Source of the DNA: an uncultured Candidatus Saccharibacteria bacterium
Lineage (GTDB): Bacteria > Patescibacteriota > Minisyncoccia > Phycocordibacterales > UBA9973
Direction of reading: 5' to 3'
Assembly (NCBI GenBank): GCA_964527235.1
Contig: CAZGNC010000002.1
Location: forward strand, 146,381 to 210,380
DNA length: 64,000 nt
The notes below the pieces were generated by a model. That model made no database searches. It had not been told where the DNA came from and saw only the letters and a list, made by a program, of their open reading frames with translations. Positions 8,721-18,425 of the stretch are shown one piece after another (the stretch's first letter is position 1; every line of letters begins with the position of its first letter). Position numbers and translations under genes: made by a program.

Positions 8721-11700
8721 ATGCAAAAAGAAAAAAAATCACCAAAGTTCAAAAAGATTCTAGTGCTAGGTTCTGGTGCGCTCATGATCGGGCAAGCAGG
8801 GGAGTTCGACTATTCTGGAAGCCAGGCAATCAAGGCACTTAAAGAAGAGAATATCAAAGTTGTTTTAATCAATCCCAACATCGCTACTTATCAGACTTCT
8901 AAAACTCTAGCGGATGAAGTTTATTTCCTCCCAGTTAACGACCACTTTGTCGAAAAGGTTATCGCTAAAGAAAGACCTGACGGCGTGATGCTTTCCTTCG
9001 GTGGACAGACTGCACTTAACTGCGGACTTTCAATGTCAGAAAAAGGAGTTTTCAAAAAATACAATGTAGAAGTTTTAGGGAGCCCTATTTCATCTATCGA
9101 GCTTACTGAAGATCGCGAACTTTTCGCGAGACATCTGAAAAGTATCGGCATTCCTGTGCCACAGTCAGATACAGCTGTGAGTATGAAAGAAGCAAAAGTT
9201 GTTGCAAATAAAATAGGCTTCCCGTTAATGGTGCGCGCAGCTTTCGCTTTGGGTGGGCAGAAGTCTGGAGTGGTGCACAACGAAAAAGAATTAGAAGAAA
9301 TAGTAAAAGGAGCTCTGGCGGTTTCGCCACAAGTTTTGATAGAGAAATATCTGCATCACTTTAAAGAAGTTGAGTACGAGGTTGTTCGCGACAAAAATGG
9401 TAACACGATAACTGTGTGTAACATGGAAAATCTAGATCCTCTCGGGATTCATACGGGGGACTCTATAGTTGTTGCTCCAAGTCAGACACTAAGCAATGAA
9501 GAGTATCATGGACTACGACAAGCAAGTATAAAAATCGTTGAGAGTTTGAAAATTGTTGGTGAGTGTAATGTGCAGTATGCCCTAAACCCAAATCCTAAAA
9601 ACGGTGAGTTGGATTATTTTGTGATTGAAGTAAACGCACGACTCTCACGCTCTAGCGCGCTTGCTTCAAAGGCCACTGGATACCCACTAGCGTATGTCGC
9701 TGCCAAGCTCGCACTGGGACAGACTCTAAGTGAGATAGATAATAAAATTACAAAAGTAACCCAGAGTTTTTTTGAGCCGGCGCTTGATTATGTGGTTGTG
9801 AAAATGCCACGTTGGGATTTGGAGAAATTCAAAGGTGCTGAAGAGCACATCAACAGCGCGATGAAGTCTGTTGGTGAAGTTATGTCTATCGGTAGGTCTT
9901 TCGAAGAAGCACTACAGAAAGCCGTGCGTATGCAAACCGGGCTTATTGAAGGTGTGACTGATAATGGATTTAAAGATAAAAAAGATTTAAATAAATTTAT
10001 AAATACTCCGACACCACGGAGGCTATTCGCAGTGGCTCTAGCACTAAAGAATAATATGAGTGTCGAGTCACTGTATAAAATCACTGGCATCGATCCGTGG
10101 TTCTTGCACAGGATCAAAAACATTGTTGACGTTGAGAAGAAATTTACAAAGAAGAAAATACTCAATAAAGAAACAATGCAAGAATTGAAAGAAGTCGGAT
10201 TCTCAGACAAGAAGATAGGTTTGCTCTGTGGTAAAACTGAATTTCAAATTCGTAAATTGCGTAAAAGCCTAGGAGTTCTGCCTGCTGTGTTTGCTATAGA
10301 TACACTTGCGGGGGAGGTGCCAGCCAAGACGAACTATCTATATCTTACTTATCATGGTAGCCACCATGATGTGACTCCTTTGGGTGGCAAGTCTGTGGTG
10401 GTGCTAGGCAGTGGCCCGTATCATATCGGTTCCTCGGTGGAGTTCGACTGGTCGTCTGTGCACGCAGCTATGGCACTTAAGCGACACAAAAGGGAGTCAA
10501 TAATCATAAACTGCAACCCTGAAACTGTTTCTACTGATTATGATATGTCAGATCGTTTGTATTTTGAAAATCTTTCATTTGAAACAGTCGCAGATATTTT
10601 TGAATTCGAAAGTTCTTCTGGCTTGATTATTTCAGTAGGGGGACAGCGACCGAACAACCTAGCTCAGAAGCTTTCTCGCGAAGGGTTTCACATATTTGGG
10701 ACACAGGCAGAAAATATCGATAGAGCTGAAGACCGCAATGCTTTCTCGGCGTTGCTCGACAAACTCAGTATCCTTCAGCCGAAGTGGTCTAGTTTCACAA
10801 GCATGAATGAAGCCAAGAAATTTGCTAAAGTCGAAGGTTTCCCAGTATTAGTGCGTCCTTCTTATGTGCTTTCGGGGGCTGCGATGCGGGTATGCTATGA
10901 CGAGGTGCAGTTATCTAGTTTCATAACTAAGGCTGCTGTTTTGTCACCTGAATACCCAGTAACAATTTCTAAATATATAGAAAATGCGAAAGAACTCGAG
11001 TTCGACGCAGTGGCTCAGGATGGCGAGTTGGTTATTTATGCTATTTCTGAGCATGTCGAAAATGCAGGAGTGCATTCGGGCGACGCGACCATCGTATATC
11101 CAACTCAGAGAGTTTATGCTTCGACCGAATTTCAGCTTAGAGAAATTTCTAGAAAGATTGCGAAAGAGCTCGCCATAACTGGTCCTTTCAATATTCAGTT
11201 TTTGGTTAAAGACAACAAACCATACGTCATCGAAGTGAACTTGCGTGCAAGTCGAACATTCCCTATGCTCTCGAAGGCTATGGATGTAAATTTCCCAGAG
11301 ATGGCAGTCGACAGTTTCTTCGGTAAAGCTGTGAAGCACAAATTTGTGTATCCAAAATATGTGGTGGTGAAGTCCCCACAGTTTTCTTTCTCGCGATTGC
11401 TTGGTGCTGATCCGGTGCTTCGTGTTGAAATGTCTTCCACTGGAGAGGCTGCTTGTTTCGGCAAAGATTATGATGAAGCTCTACTTAAGTCAGTCCTCAG
11501 CACCAACAGATTTGATTTCGATAAAAAGACAGTGCTACTGTCTCTTGGAGGGGATATAAATAAAGCAAAGTTTATTGAAGCTGCACGAACGTTACACAGT
11601 CTTGGATATAAAATTTTCGCGACAGATACGACAGCTGAATTTCTAAATCACCACAAGGTAGCATGTTATAGTGTCAGGAAAGCCCACGAGGAGTCACCTA

Positions 11701-11954
11701 ATGTGCTTGATATAATTGAAGGTAAGAAGGTTTCCTTTGTGGTAAATTTAAGCAAGGATGGTTCGCTAGATGGCATAAGTAAACGCTCTGCGACACAAGT
11801 AACTGATGGCTTTAGAATTCGTCGGGCTACTGTAGATAACCAAATCCCGCTGTTTACCGATCTGCACCTTGCTCGAGCATTTATAAAGGCGCTCGCGCAC
11901 CACAAAGTGGAGGACTTAGAAATTAAATCTTATAAAGAATATTTAAATGGATAA
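8721..11954 (+). CDS. carB: Carbamoyl-phosphate synthase large subunit
   Basis: 1077 aa; duplicated ATP-grasp halves; oligomerisation domain; MGS-like C-terminus. Confidence 0.95.
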   Translation: MQKEKKSPKFKKILVLGSGALMIGQAGEFDYSGSQAIKALKEENIKVVLINPNIATYQTSKTLADEVYFLPVNDHFVEKVIAKERPDGVMLSFGGQTALNCGLSMSEKGVFKKYNVEVLGSPISSIELTEDRELFARHLKSIGIPVPQSDTAVSMKEAKVVANKIGFPLMVRAAFALGGQKSGVVHNEKELEEIVKGALAVSPQVLIEKYLHHFKEVEYEVVRDKNGNTITVCNMENLDPLGIHTGDSIVVAPSQTLSNEEYHGLRQASIKIVESLKIVGECNVQYALNPNPKNGELDYFVIEVNARLSRSSALASKATGYPLAYVAAKLALGQTLSEIDNKITKVTQSFFEPALDYVVVKMPRWDLEKFKGAEEHINSAMKSVGEVMSIGRSFEEALQKAVRMQTGLIEGVTDNGFKDKKDLNKFINTPTPRRLFAVALALKNNMSVESLYKITGIDPWFLHRIKNIVDVEKKFTKKKILNKETMQELKEVGFSDKKIGLLCGKTEFQIRKLRKSLGVLPAVFAIDTLAGEVPAKTNYLYLTYHGSHHDVTPLGGKSVVVLGSGPYHIGSSVEFDWSSVHAAMALKRHKRESIIINCNPETVSTDYDMSDRLYFENLSFETVADIFEFESSSGLIISVGGQRPNNLAQKLSREGFHIFGTQAENIDRAEDRNAFSALLDKLSILQPKWSSFTSMNEAKKFAKVEGFPVLVRPSYVLSGAAMRVCYDEVQLSSFITKAAVLSPEYPVTISKYIENAKELEFDAVAQDGELVIYAISEHVENAGVHSGDATIVYPTQRVYASTEFQLREISRKIAKELAITGPFNIQFLVKDNKPYVIEVNLRASRTFPMLSKAMDVNFPEMAVDSFFGKAVKHKFVYPKYVVVKSPQFSFSRLLGADPVLRVEMSSTGEAACFGKDYDEALLKSVLSTNRFDFDKKTVLLSLGGDINKAKFIEAARTLHSLGYKIFATDTTAEFLNHHKVACYSVRKAHEESPNVLDIIEGKKVSFVVNLSKDGSLDGISKRSATQVTDGFRIRRATVDNQIPLFTDLHLARAFIKALAHHKVEDLEIKSYKEYLNG

Positions 11955-12879
11955 ATTTATGAAGCACATAATTTCTGGTAAACAATTTGCAAATAAAAAA
12001 CTTCTAGAAAAAATATTGAAAAGGGCTAGTGCTTTTGAGCTCTCTGATAAAAAAGGCAAGGTGCCTAAATTATTGAAAGACAAAATCGTGGCATGTATTT
12101 TCTTCGAGCCTTCGACTCGCACCAGACTTTCGTTTGAGACTGCAGCACTTAAGCTGGGTGCGCAAGTTATCTCAGTAGAGAATGCGCTTGCTAGTTCTTC
12201 GGCTTACAAAGGCGAGACGTTAGAGGATACCACTAAGATAATAAATGGTTATGCTGATATCTTCGTACTTCGCCATCCCGAAAGTGGCGCCGCTGAGAGG
12301 GCTTCGAAGGTTTCTAAAATTCCAGTGATAAACGCAGGGGACGGCGCCAAAGAACACCCCACACAGGCTCTGCTTGATCTATACACTATAAATAAAGAAC
12401 ATAAAAAATTAGAAAATCTAACTTTAGTTTTTGTGGGGGATCTTCTGTACAGTCGAACTATTCATTCTTTGCTTCCACTTCTAGCTGAGTACAAAAATAA
12501 CAAATTTATTTTTGTTTCTCCTTTAGAGCTTGCGTTACCCAAAGATTACACGAATTTACTTGATGAAAAGGGAATTGGGTTTACTCAGTCGAGAGATTTA
12601 GATTCTGCGTTAAAAGTCGCAGACGTGGTGTATATGACACGAGTACAGAAAGAAAGGTTTAGTAAGGTCGCTAGTTATAATAAAGTTAAAGATATATTTC
12701 TTCTCAAAAAAGAGCATTTAAATATAATGAAAAAGAACGCTATCATTATGCATCCATTACCTAGGATAAACGAGATTGATCCTGAGATAGATCTAGATTC
12801 TCGGGCAGCTTACTTTCGCCAAGCAAAAAACGGCCTCTATGTAAGAATGGCCGTTTTGCTAGAGTCGCTTGGTCTGTAG
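11947..12879 (+). CDS. pyrB: Aspartate carbamoyltransferase catalytic subunit
   Basis: 310 aa; STRTR carbamoyl-phosphate motif; HPTQ; HPLP. Overlaps the carB stop. Confidence 0.9.
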   Translation: MDKFMKHIISGKQFANKKLLEKILKRASAFELSDKKGKVPKLLKDKIVACIFFEPSTRTRLSFETAALKLGAQVISVENALASSSAYKGETLEDTTKIINGYADIFVLRHPESGAAERASKVSKIPVINAGDGAKEHPTQALLDLYTINKEHKKLENLTLVFVGDLLYSRTIHSLLPLLAEYKNNKFIFVSPLELALPKDYTNLLDEKGIGFTQSRDLDSALKVADVVYMTRVQKERFSKVASYNKVKDIFLLKKEHLNIMKKNAIIMHPLPRINEIDPEIDLDSRAAYFRQAKNGLYVRMAVLLESLGL

Positions 12880-13938
12880 TTATTTGACGCTCTCTAAGAA
12901 TTTAAATATTTGTTCGTTGGTGAGTACGTTTTCAGCATGCATTCGAGCGCGCTCTGGGTCAGCTTCCTTGTAGTGTTCTAGAATCATAGCTACTTCGTTG
13001 GCGACTTGTTCTGGGTCTGCTGTGATGTTCTCAGCTTTACCGATGTGGTGCAGGACTAGAGCAAGTTTTGCCCTTTTCTCACCGTCGTTTCTGAATTCTT
13101 TCCTTAGGTCCTCAGTGGTTTTGTTTATATGCTTGATATAATCCTCGAATTTTAGACCCATCTGAGCTATGTCAGACTCCATTCTTTGCAAGATTTTTTC
13201 AATCTCTGAATCGATTAATATTTCAGGAAGTTCTACCTTGGTCCCTTCGATAATTTTCTCTACTATCTTTAGGCGAGTTTTCTCGCGTTTTTGATTTTCT
13301 TTTTCAATTTTTATATTTGCTTTAAGCTTATCTTTGAAATCTGCCACATTTTCGAATGGACCAAGCCCTTTCACGAAGTCATCATTGAACTCTGGAAGCT
13401 CTGGTTCTGGAGCTTTGTCTGTTTCTCCTTCTTTCTTTTCTACACTTTCTGCCATATGGATTTTAGGAGCACGAGATTTCCTTATATCCATGATAGTAGT
13501 CTCCACCTCTTCGTCGGTGACAGTAAGCTCCTTTTCTTCTTCAGATTCTTTGACTATCTTTTTCGCTATGTCTTTATAGTCGGGGAGTTCTACTTTAGGC
13601 AGTGTCGCAGTTTTTATCTTAAAACCCAGTGGGTTATTTCGAGCGAGCTTGGTTATAAATATTTCAGGTCGGCCGATTGCGTCTATCTTTTCTTCTTCGA
13701 GAATCTTGGGGTAGTGTTCACCGAGCGCTAGCTCTGCCATCTCTTCTAAGATGTGCATTTCACCAACTTTCTCTATTAGGACTTTCTCTGGGACTTTTCC
13801 TTTTCTGAACCCGTCTATTTCGATTTTTTCGCTAACGTGCTCTAACGCTTTTTTGAAATAAGATTCAAAAATGTCACCAGGAAGTTCGCCCTCGATTTCT
13901 ATCTCGCTTTTAGGTAAATTCTTTATATTTAATTTCAT
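12880..13938 (-). CDS. tig: Trigger factor (no PPIase domain)
   Basis: 352 aa; N-terminal ribosome-binding domain (GFRKGKVP signature) and C-terminal chaperone arm. No FKBP segment is present. Confidence 0.75.
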   Translation of the reverse strand: MKLNIKNLPKSEIEIEGELPGDIFESYFKKALEHVSEKIEIDGFRKGKVPEKVLIEKVGEMHILEEMAELALGEHYPKILEEEKIDAIGRPEIFITKLARNNPLGFKIKTATLPKVELPDYKDIAKKIVKESEEEKELTVTDEEVETTIMDIRKSRAPKIHMAESVEKKEGETDKAPEPELPEFNDDFVKGLGPFENVADFKDKLKANIKIEKENQKREKTRLKIVEKIIEGTKVELPEILIDSEIEKILQRMESDIAQMGLKFEDYIKHINKTTEDLRKEFRNDGEKRAKLALVLHHIGKAENITADPEQVANEVAMILEHYKEADPERARMHAENVLTNEQIFKFLESVK

Positions 13939-13939
13939 T

Positions 13940-14188
13940 TTATATTTCAGAGTCTAGGCTTTCTAGGTCCATGGTGTTTAGTTCGGCTTCGACTTCAGTA
14001 GTATCAGTTGTTGTGTTGCTCTGTGTCTGTGTCTCTGTGCCTGTTGTGGTGTCCTCGGTTGTTGGCACGACTGGTTCTTTATCCATGTTTGTTTTTAAAA
14101 GATATAAACCACCAAGGATCAAGATTATGATAATCACTATCGAACCCACTAATGCACCATTTGAATTTGTTTGTTGTTCTGGTTCCAT
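13940..14188 (-). CDS. Small single-pass membrane protein with a Thr/acidic-rich tail
   Basis: 82 aa; one TM (LVGSIVIIIILILGGLYLL); low-complexity T/E-rich C-terminus. Confidence 0.4.
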   Translation of the reverse strand: MEPEQQTNSNGALVGSIVIIIILILGGLYLLKTNMDKEPVVPTTEDTTTGTETQTQSNTTTDTTEVEAELNTMDLESLDSEI

Positions 14189-14212
14189 GTTATTTATTTA
14201 ACTAATAATAAT

Positions 14213-15127
14213 TTATTCAGATTTTGATGAATCATCTTCTGAATCATCTATGTCTGAACTAGTTGCTTTTAGGTTTTTAATAGCCTCGATTGAGCTTTTA
14301 AGGTTGGTGTGAGATTCTTTCAGTAAATCCTTTGCCTCTCGAGCTTTGAGTTTTATCTGTTCGAATATTTCAGGTGTTATGCTTGAGCCATCTGCGGGAA
14401 CTAATGCTTTGATTTCAGCAACCTTAGCCTTTGCCTCGCTTAATTTAGTCTTAGAGAGAGTTAGGTATTCTTCAGCGGTTTTGGTATCCTTACCCTCAGC
14501 CTTTAGCTTAGTTAGTATTTCTCCGACTCTTGTCTGAACTTTTTCTAGCTCAGCTACCGCGTTTTGAAATCTCTCACTTAGCATTGCTTTCGCCTTGTTC
14601 AAGAAATCCTCTTTTCGTTCCTTGTTGGCACTTTTCCATTCTTCTTTCTTTGCTTGCAACTCTGTCTTGAAAGTTTCGCGTTTAGTCTTAAGCTCTGTAA
14701 TTAATGCCTGACGCTCAGCTTCTGTCTTGGTTCTAAATGCTTCTCTCTTGGCTTTCATTTCGGCTTCGAGCTTAGCTCGTTCGTCTTTCATTTTTTGTTC
14801 GAAAGCAGCCTTTTCTTCTGGAGTAGTTAAGCTTTCTCTCTCGGCCTTAAATGCTTCTCTCTTAGCCTTCATTTCAGCTTCTAGTGCTTTTCTTTCCTCA
14901 TCAGTTTTGCTCTTCTGTGCCTCTCTTTTAGCTTTGAGCTCTGCCTCGAGGTTTGCCCGTTCGTTTTTCATCTTTTGCTCGCGCGCGCGTAGCTCGTCTT
15001 TGTTAGTAGTTGTGGTGGTGGTTGTGGTTTTAACCTCATCCTCTGATTCATTTGCTAATACTAAGTTGAAAGATAGGGCTAGCATCAAAACCATAGAGGA
15101 AACTATATATTTATTGTATTTTTTCAT
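14213..15127 (-). CDS. Secreted coiled-coil repeat protein
   Basis: 304 aa; signal peptide; T9 tract; about 2.5 tandem ~40-aa repeats (EMKAKREAFK...). Underlying ~120-bp DNA tandem repeat. Confidence 0.55.
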   Translation of the reverse strand: MKKYNKYIVSSMVLMLALSFNLVLANESEDEVKTTTTTTTTNKDELRAREQKMKNERANLEAELKAKREAQKSKTDEERKALEAEMKAKREAFKAERESLTTPEEKAAFEQKMKDERAKLEAEMKAKREAFRTKTEAERQALITELKTKRETFKTELQAKKEEWKSANKERKEDFLNKAKAMLSERFQNAVAELEKVQTRVGEILTKLKAEGKDTKTAEEYLTLSKTKLSEAKAKVAEIKALVPADGSSITPEIFEQIKLKAREAKDLLKESHTNLKSSIEAIKNLKATSSDIDDSEDDSSKSE

Positions 15128-15233
15128 ATTTTTAATTAAAAACTAATAATTAGATAACTTTTTAAACTACCATATAAATTATGATAGCGTTAGACGTATT
15201 ATACCCTAGAATTAAGAAAGAAACTAAATATGA

Positions 15234-15818
15234 TTATTCAAACTTAGGTAGGTAGATTTCTGTGTATCTTTGCTCACAATCCTCTATGATTTTCACAGCT
15301 TCTTTGGTGTCGAAGAAGCCTTTGGTTACACCAGTTCCTGGCTTTTTCAAGAATTTTATATTCTCCCAGAAATAAGTAGTTTCTTTTTTAAATTGTTCGC
15401 CGAGATCTTCTATGGATTGGATGTGGTCACTGCGTCGGTCGTCAGCAAGAACTGCTATTACTTTGTCATCTATTTCTTTGTTGTCTTCGAATTTCATTAC
15501 GCCGATTACTCGAGCTTCAACCAGACATCCTGGCACTAACGGCTCGGTGACATTCACAATACAGATATCTAATGGGTCGTTATCATAATCCCAGGTTTGT
15601 GGTATCGCACCGTAAGTGAAAGGGTATGCGAGTGAAGAGTATCCCACGCGATCAAGCTTGAGTTGTCCTGACTCAGTTATAATTTCATATTTATTCAAGC
15701 TTCCTGTTGTTGTCTCTACTATTGCATTCACGACTACTTTATCTTTATCAGCGAATGCAGGCAGTGCGTGAAGCAAGTTCAGCATTGTCTTCGAAGGTTT
15801 ATGGTTTATGTTTGCCAT
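15234..15818 (-). CDS. ppa: Inorganic pyrophosphatase (family I)
   Basis: 194 aa; DNDPLDICIV matches the DGDPLDVLV active-site motif. Confidence 0.85.
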   Translation of the reverse strand: MANINHKPSKTMLNLLHALPAFADKDKVVVNAIVETTTGSLNKYEIITESGQLKLDRVGYSSLAYPFTYGAIPQTWDYDNDPLDICIVNVTEPLVPGCLVEARVIGVMKFEDNKEIDDKVIAVLADDRRSDHIQSIEDLGEQFKKETTYFWENIKFLKKPGTGVTKGFFDTKEAVKIIEDCEQRYTEIYLPKFE

Positions 15819-15870
15819 ATATTTATTTAATTATTATAACAAGCGATAGTAATACAAGCAAAATTGCTTT

Positions 15871-17010
15871 TTATTCTGCGACTTCAGAAGAAGCCACCTC
15901 ACCACCTTTGCCCTTGATGTCTATCTTCCATCCAGTGAGCTTTGCTGCTAGGCGTACGTTCTGTCCGCCCTTGCCGATAGCTAGCGAGAGTTGGTCTTCG
16001 CCGACTTCTACGGTCGCTTTGTGTTCTTTTTCGTCTATGTCGATAGAAATGACCTTAGCTGGAGAAAGTGCATTAGAGACAAGGGTTTTAGGGTCTTCTG
16101 ACCAAGGGATTATGTCGATTTTCTCACCTCCGAGTTCTGCGGTTATTGTATTTACACGAGTACCTTTCTGCCCGACACATGAACCTACTGGGTCGATATG
16201 GTCGTCATTAGAGTGAACACTTATCTTAGATCTTGCCCCAGCTTCTCTTGCAACTGCTTTGATCTCTACGATACCGTTGGCAACTTCTGGAGCTTCAACC
16301 GCGAAAAGCTTTTCTAAGAATTTAGGATGGGTACGAGAAAGTCGTAGAGAGATTCCTCTTGGTGTATCTTCTACTTGATAGAGATATGCACGTAGACGTT
16401 GACCACGCTGTAGATACTCTCCTGGGATTTGTTCATCACCAGCAAGTATACCTGTAGCACGATTGAAATCTACGAAAACATTTCCGCGTTCGATTTTCTG
16501 AACAATACCAGAAACTATTTCACCTTCTTTGGTTCCGTACTCATCGATGATAGAAGTTCTTTCTGCTTCACGAATTTTCTGCACGATAACTTGCTTGGCA
16601 GTTTGGGCTGCGATACGACCGTAGTCGTCTTTTGGTTCGAGAGGGAACACGACTTCGTCATTTAGCTCGACACCCTTCTTTATCTTCTTGGCATCTTCGA
16701 GCATGATGTGGTGCTCACTGTTGAAACGAACGCGCTCATCGCCTTCGTCTTTGACAGAGTATTCTGCTTCTTCGTCTTCGGCTTCATCTTTGGTTATGGT
16801 TTCATCTACTACAATTTTCACCTGGTAGAAATCAACCTTGCCTGTATCGAGGTCGAATTTTGCGCGGATGATTTGCCCCTTTTTCCCGTAGTCTTTCTTG
16901 TATGCTGCCGCCATAGCTTGCTCGATAGCATCTAGTATCTTTTCTTTTGGAATTTTCCTCTCTTCTTCTAATTGTTCGAGAGCTGATTTGAATGTTTTTA
17001 GGTCTAACAT
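15871..17010 (-). CDS. nusA: Transcription termination/antitermination factor NusA
   Basis: 379 aa; NusA_N, S1 and two KH domains; no C-terminal AR repeats. Confidence 0.9.
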   Translation of the reverse strand: MLDLKTFKSALEQLEEERKIPKEKILDAIEQAMAAAYKKDYGKKGQIIRAKFDLDTGKVDFYQVKIVVDETITKDEAEDEEAEYSVKDEGDERVRFNSEHHIMLEDAKKIKKGVELNDEVVFPLEPKDDYGRIAAQTAKQVIVQKIREAERTSIIDEYGTKEGEIVSGIVQKIERGNVFVDFNRATGILAGDEQIPGEYLQRGQRLRAYLYQVEDTPRGISLRLSRTHPKFLEKLFAVEAPEVANGIVEIKAVAREAGARSKISVHSNDDHIDPVGSCVGQKGTRVNTITAELGGEKIDIIPWSEDPKTLVSNALSPAKVISIDIDEKEHKATVEVGEDQLSLAIGKGGQNVRLAAKLTGWKIDIKGKGGEVASSEVAE

Positions 17011-17216
17011 AATTGATTTTTATTAAATTTTGCTAAAAATAAAAGCCCTGGTTGCACAGGACGTTTATACGGTAATCATATCATAGTAGGGGGTAGGGAG
17101 CAAGCTTTATAGAAAATCGTAGTTTTTGGTGGTTTTTTAGCCTTATTTTGCAAGGTTTTTGAAGAGTCTTCGGTTATTCACAGTTTGTCCACTTTACTTG
17201 CTTTTTGTCCATGTTT

Positions 17217-17254
17217 TGTGGTATAATCCCCTTAGATGTGCGCACTCTGCGCAC
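17217..17254 (+). promoter_or_regulatory. Extended -10 promoter (TGTGGTATAAT) followed by a 7-bp inverted repeat GTGCGCA-N3-TGCGCAC (17238-17254)
   Basis: Read directly. The palindrome sits at the predicted transcription start of the GC-rich lipoprotein gene, a candidate operator. Confidence 0.35.
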
Positions 17255-17327
17255 TGACTGTTGTTCGTCAACGTTGTTAAGAACCTTACTCTCTTCCATT
17301 TGCCGATGAGTCGGCAAGGAGCTTCTG

Positions 17328-18263
17328 ATGACTGCTACAATGCTTGCTCGTCGTATGACGGCCGCACTAGTGGCCGTCGTCAATCTCGTCTTTCTCGTCG
17401 CTTGCGGCGGGTCTGACGGGGGACCCGTTAGCCCAGTGGTGGTGACTCCACCACCGACACCTGTGCTTACCTCTTTCTTGGTTACCGTTGACTCGGTGAT
17501 CACTGAAGGGGGCGCTTCGCCAGTGCGTTTCTTTTGCGCATATGACGGAGGGGCTTCCTATGACTGCACTGCTGAAGTGCAATCATGGTCGGCTGAAAGC
17601 CCCTTGGAGAAAAGGGGAACCACTGTCGTTGGGATGACCGTAGGAGTTGGCAAGATTTCGGCCAGCTTCAAGGGCAAGATTGCGGAAGTTTCTGTTCGCG
17701 TAAAGCCCGACGGCACGCCGTGGGACTCCCTCCCGGTTCAGACTACCGAAGAGCAGAGGAAGTTCATCTCCTCGACTCTCGTCGGAGGCCGGGTGACTCC
17801 TTGGGGGAAAAAGTCCCCAACTGTTTGGGTCAACCCTGGGCTGTCGTCTACATGGAAGGCGGACTTTGATAGTGCGTCTTCCTACTGGAAGGACATGACC
17901 GATGGGCAGGTTTCTCTCGTCTTGGTCGCAGACTCTGCTCAGGCCGACATCACGGTCTCGTTCAACCCCTCCCTCGACTCCCTTGTGGCGTCAACAGGAG
18001 CATGTGGCGAGGCCCGTTGGAGTGTGTCCAACGGGTACCTGGTTAAAGGGGTGATCAATTTCTCCACGATAGCATCGTGTAGAAATTGGTTCTTCATCCA
18101 GCTGGCACATGATTTCGGTCATGTGCTACTGGGGACACGCTCTCACACCCCTGGTTGTGGGGATGTCCTCGGGAGCCCCTGTGCTCCTTGGCAGAAGTCC
18201 GAGTTTTTGAGGGGGGTTTCCAAGTTCGTGTATCTCGTGCCCCATGGAACAAAGCCTATCTAG
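17328..18263 (+). CDS. GC-rich lipoprotein with a Big_2-like domain and a zincin-like HDFGH motif (probably horizontally acquired)
   Basis: 311 aa; AAGGAG SD; lipobox LVAC-GG; Pro-rich linker; ~58% GC against ~40% background. Confidence 0.6.
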   Translation: MTATMLARRMTAALVAVVNLVFLVACGGSDGGPVSPVVVTPPPTPVLTSFLVTVDSVITEGGASPVRFFCAYDGGASYDCTAEVQSWSAESPLEKRGTTVVGMTVGVGKISASFKGKIAEVSVRVKPDGTPWDSLPVQTTEEQRKFISSTLVGGRVTPWGKKSPTVWVNPGLSSTWKADFDSASSYWKDMTDGQVSLVLVADSAQADITVSFNPSLDSLVASTGACGEARWSVSNGYLVKGVINFSTIASCRNWFFIQLAHDFGHVLLGTRSHTPGCGDVLGSPCAPWQKSEFLRGVSKFVYLVPHGTKPI

Positions 18264-18283
18264 GCAAGGAGGTGTTTCATATC

Positions 18284-18335
18284 GCGCCCCGTGCGTTGAC
18301 CTAACTGGTCTTCGCTCGGGGCGTTGTTGTTTTTA
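18284..18335 (+). terminator. Rho-independent terminator (CGCCCCG...CGGGGCG plus T-run)
   Basis: Hairpin with T-rich tail downstream of the lipoprotein stop. Confidence 0.45.
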
Positions 18336-18425
18336 TCCACAGTTTTTCCAACCATCAATTTTTGAATTTGTTTGTGTGATATAATACTAAGTACTATTAA
18401 TTGGTATTATTATTTTTATAATTAA

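Noticed and set aside
13940-15127. Possible CRISPR array or phase-variation SSR in the repeat region
   Set aside because: The repeats are ~120-bp coding tandem repeats inside one ORF with no spacer/repeat periodicity of 28-37 bp. No cas genes are in the window.
17174-17503. 109-aa minus-strand ORF overlapping the lipoprotein start and promoter
   Set aside because: A GC-rich region generates long spurious ORFs. It overlaps the well-supported + strand lipoprotein gene and its promoter/operator.
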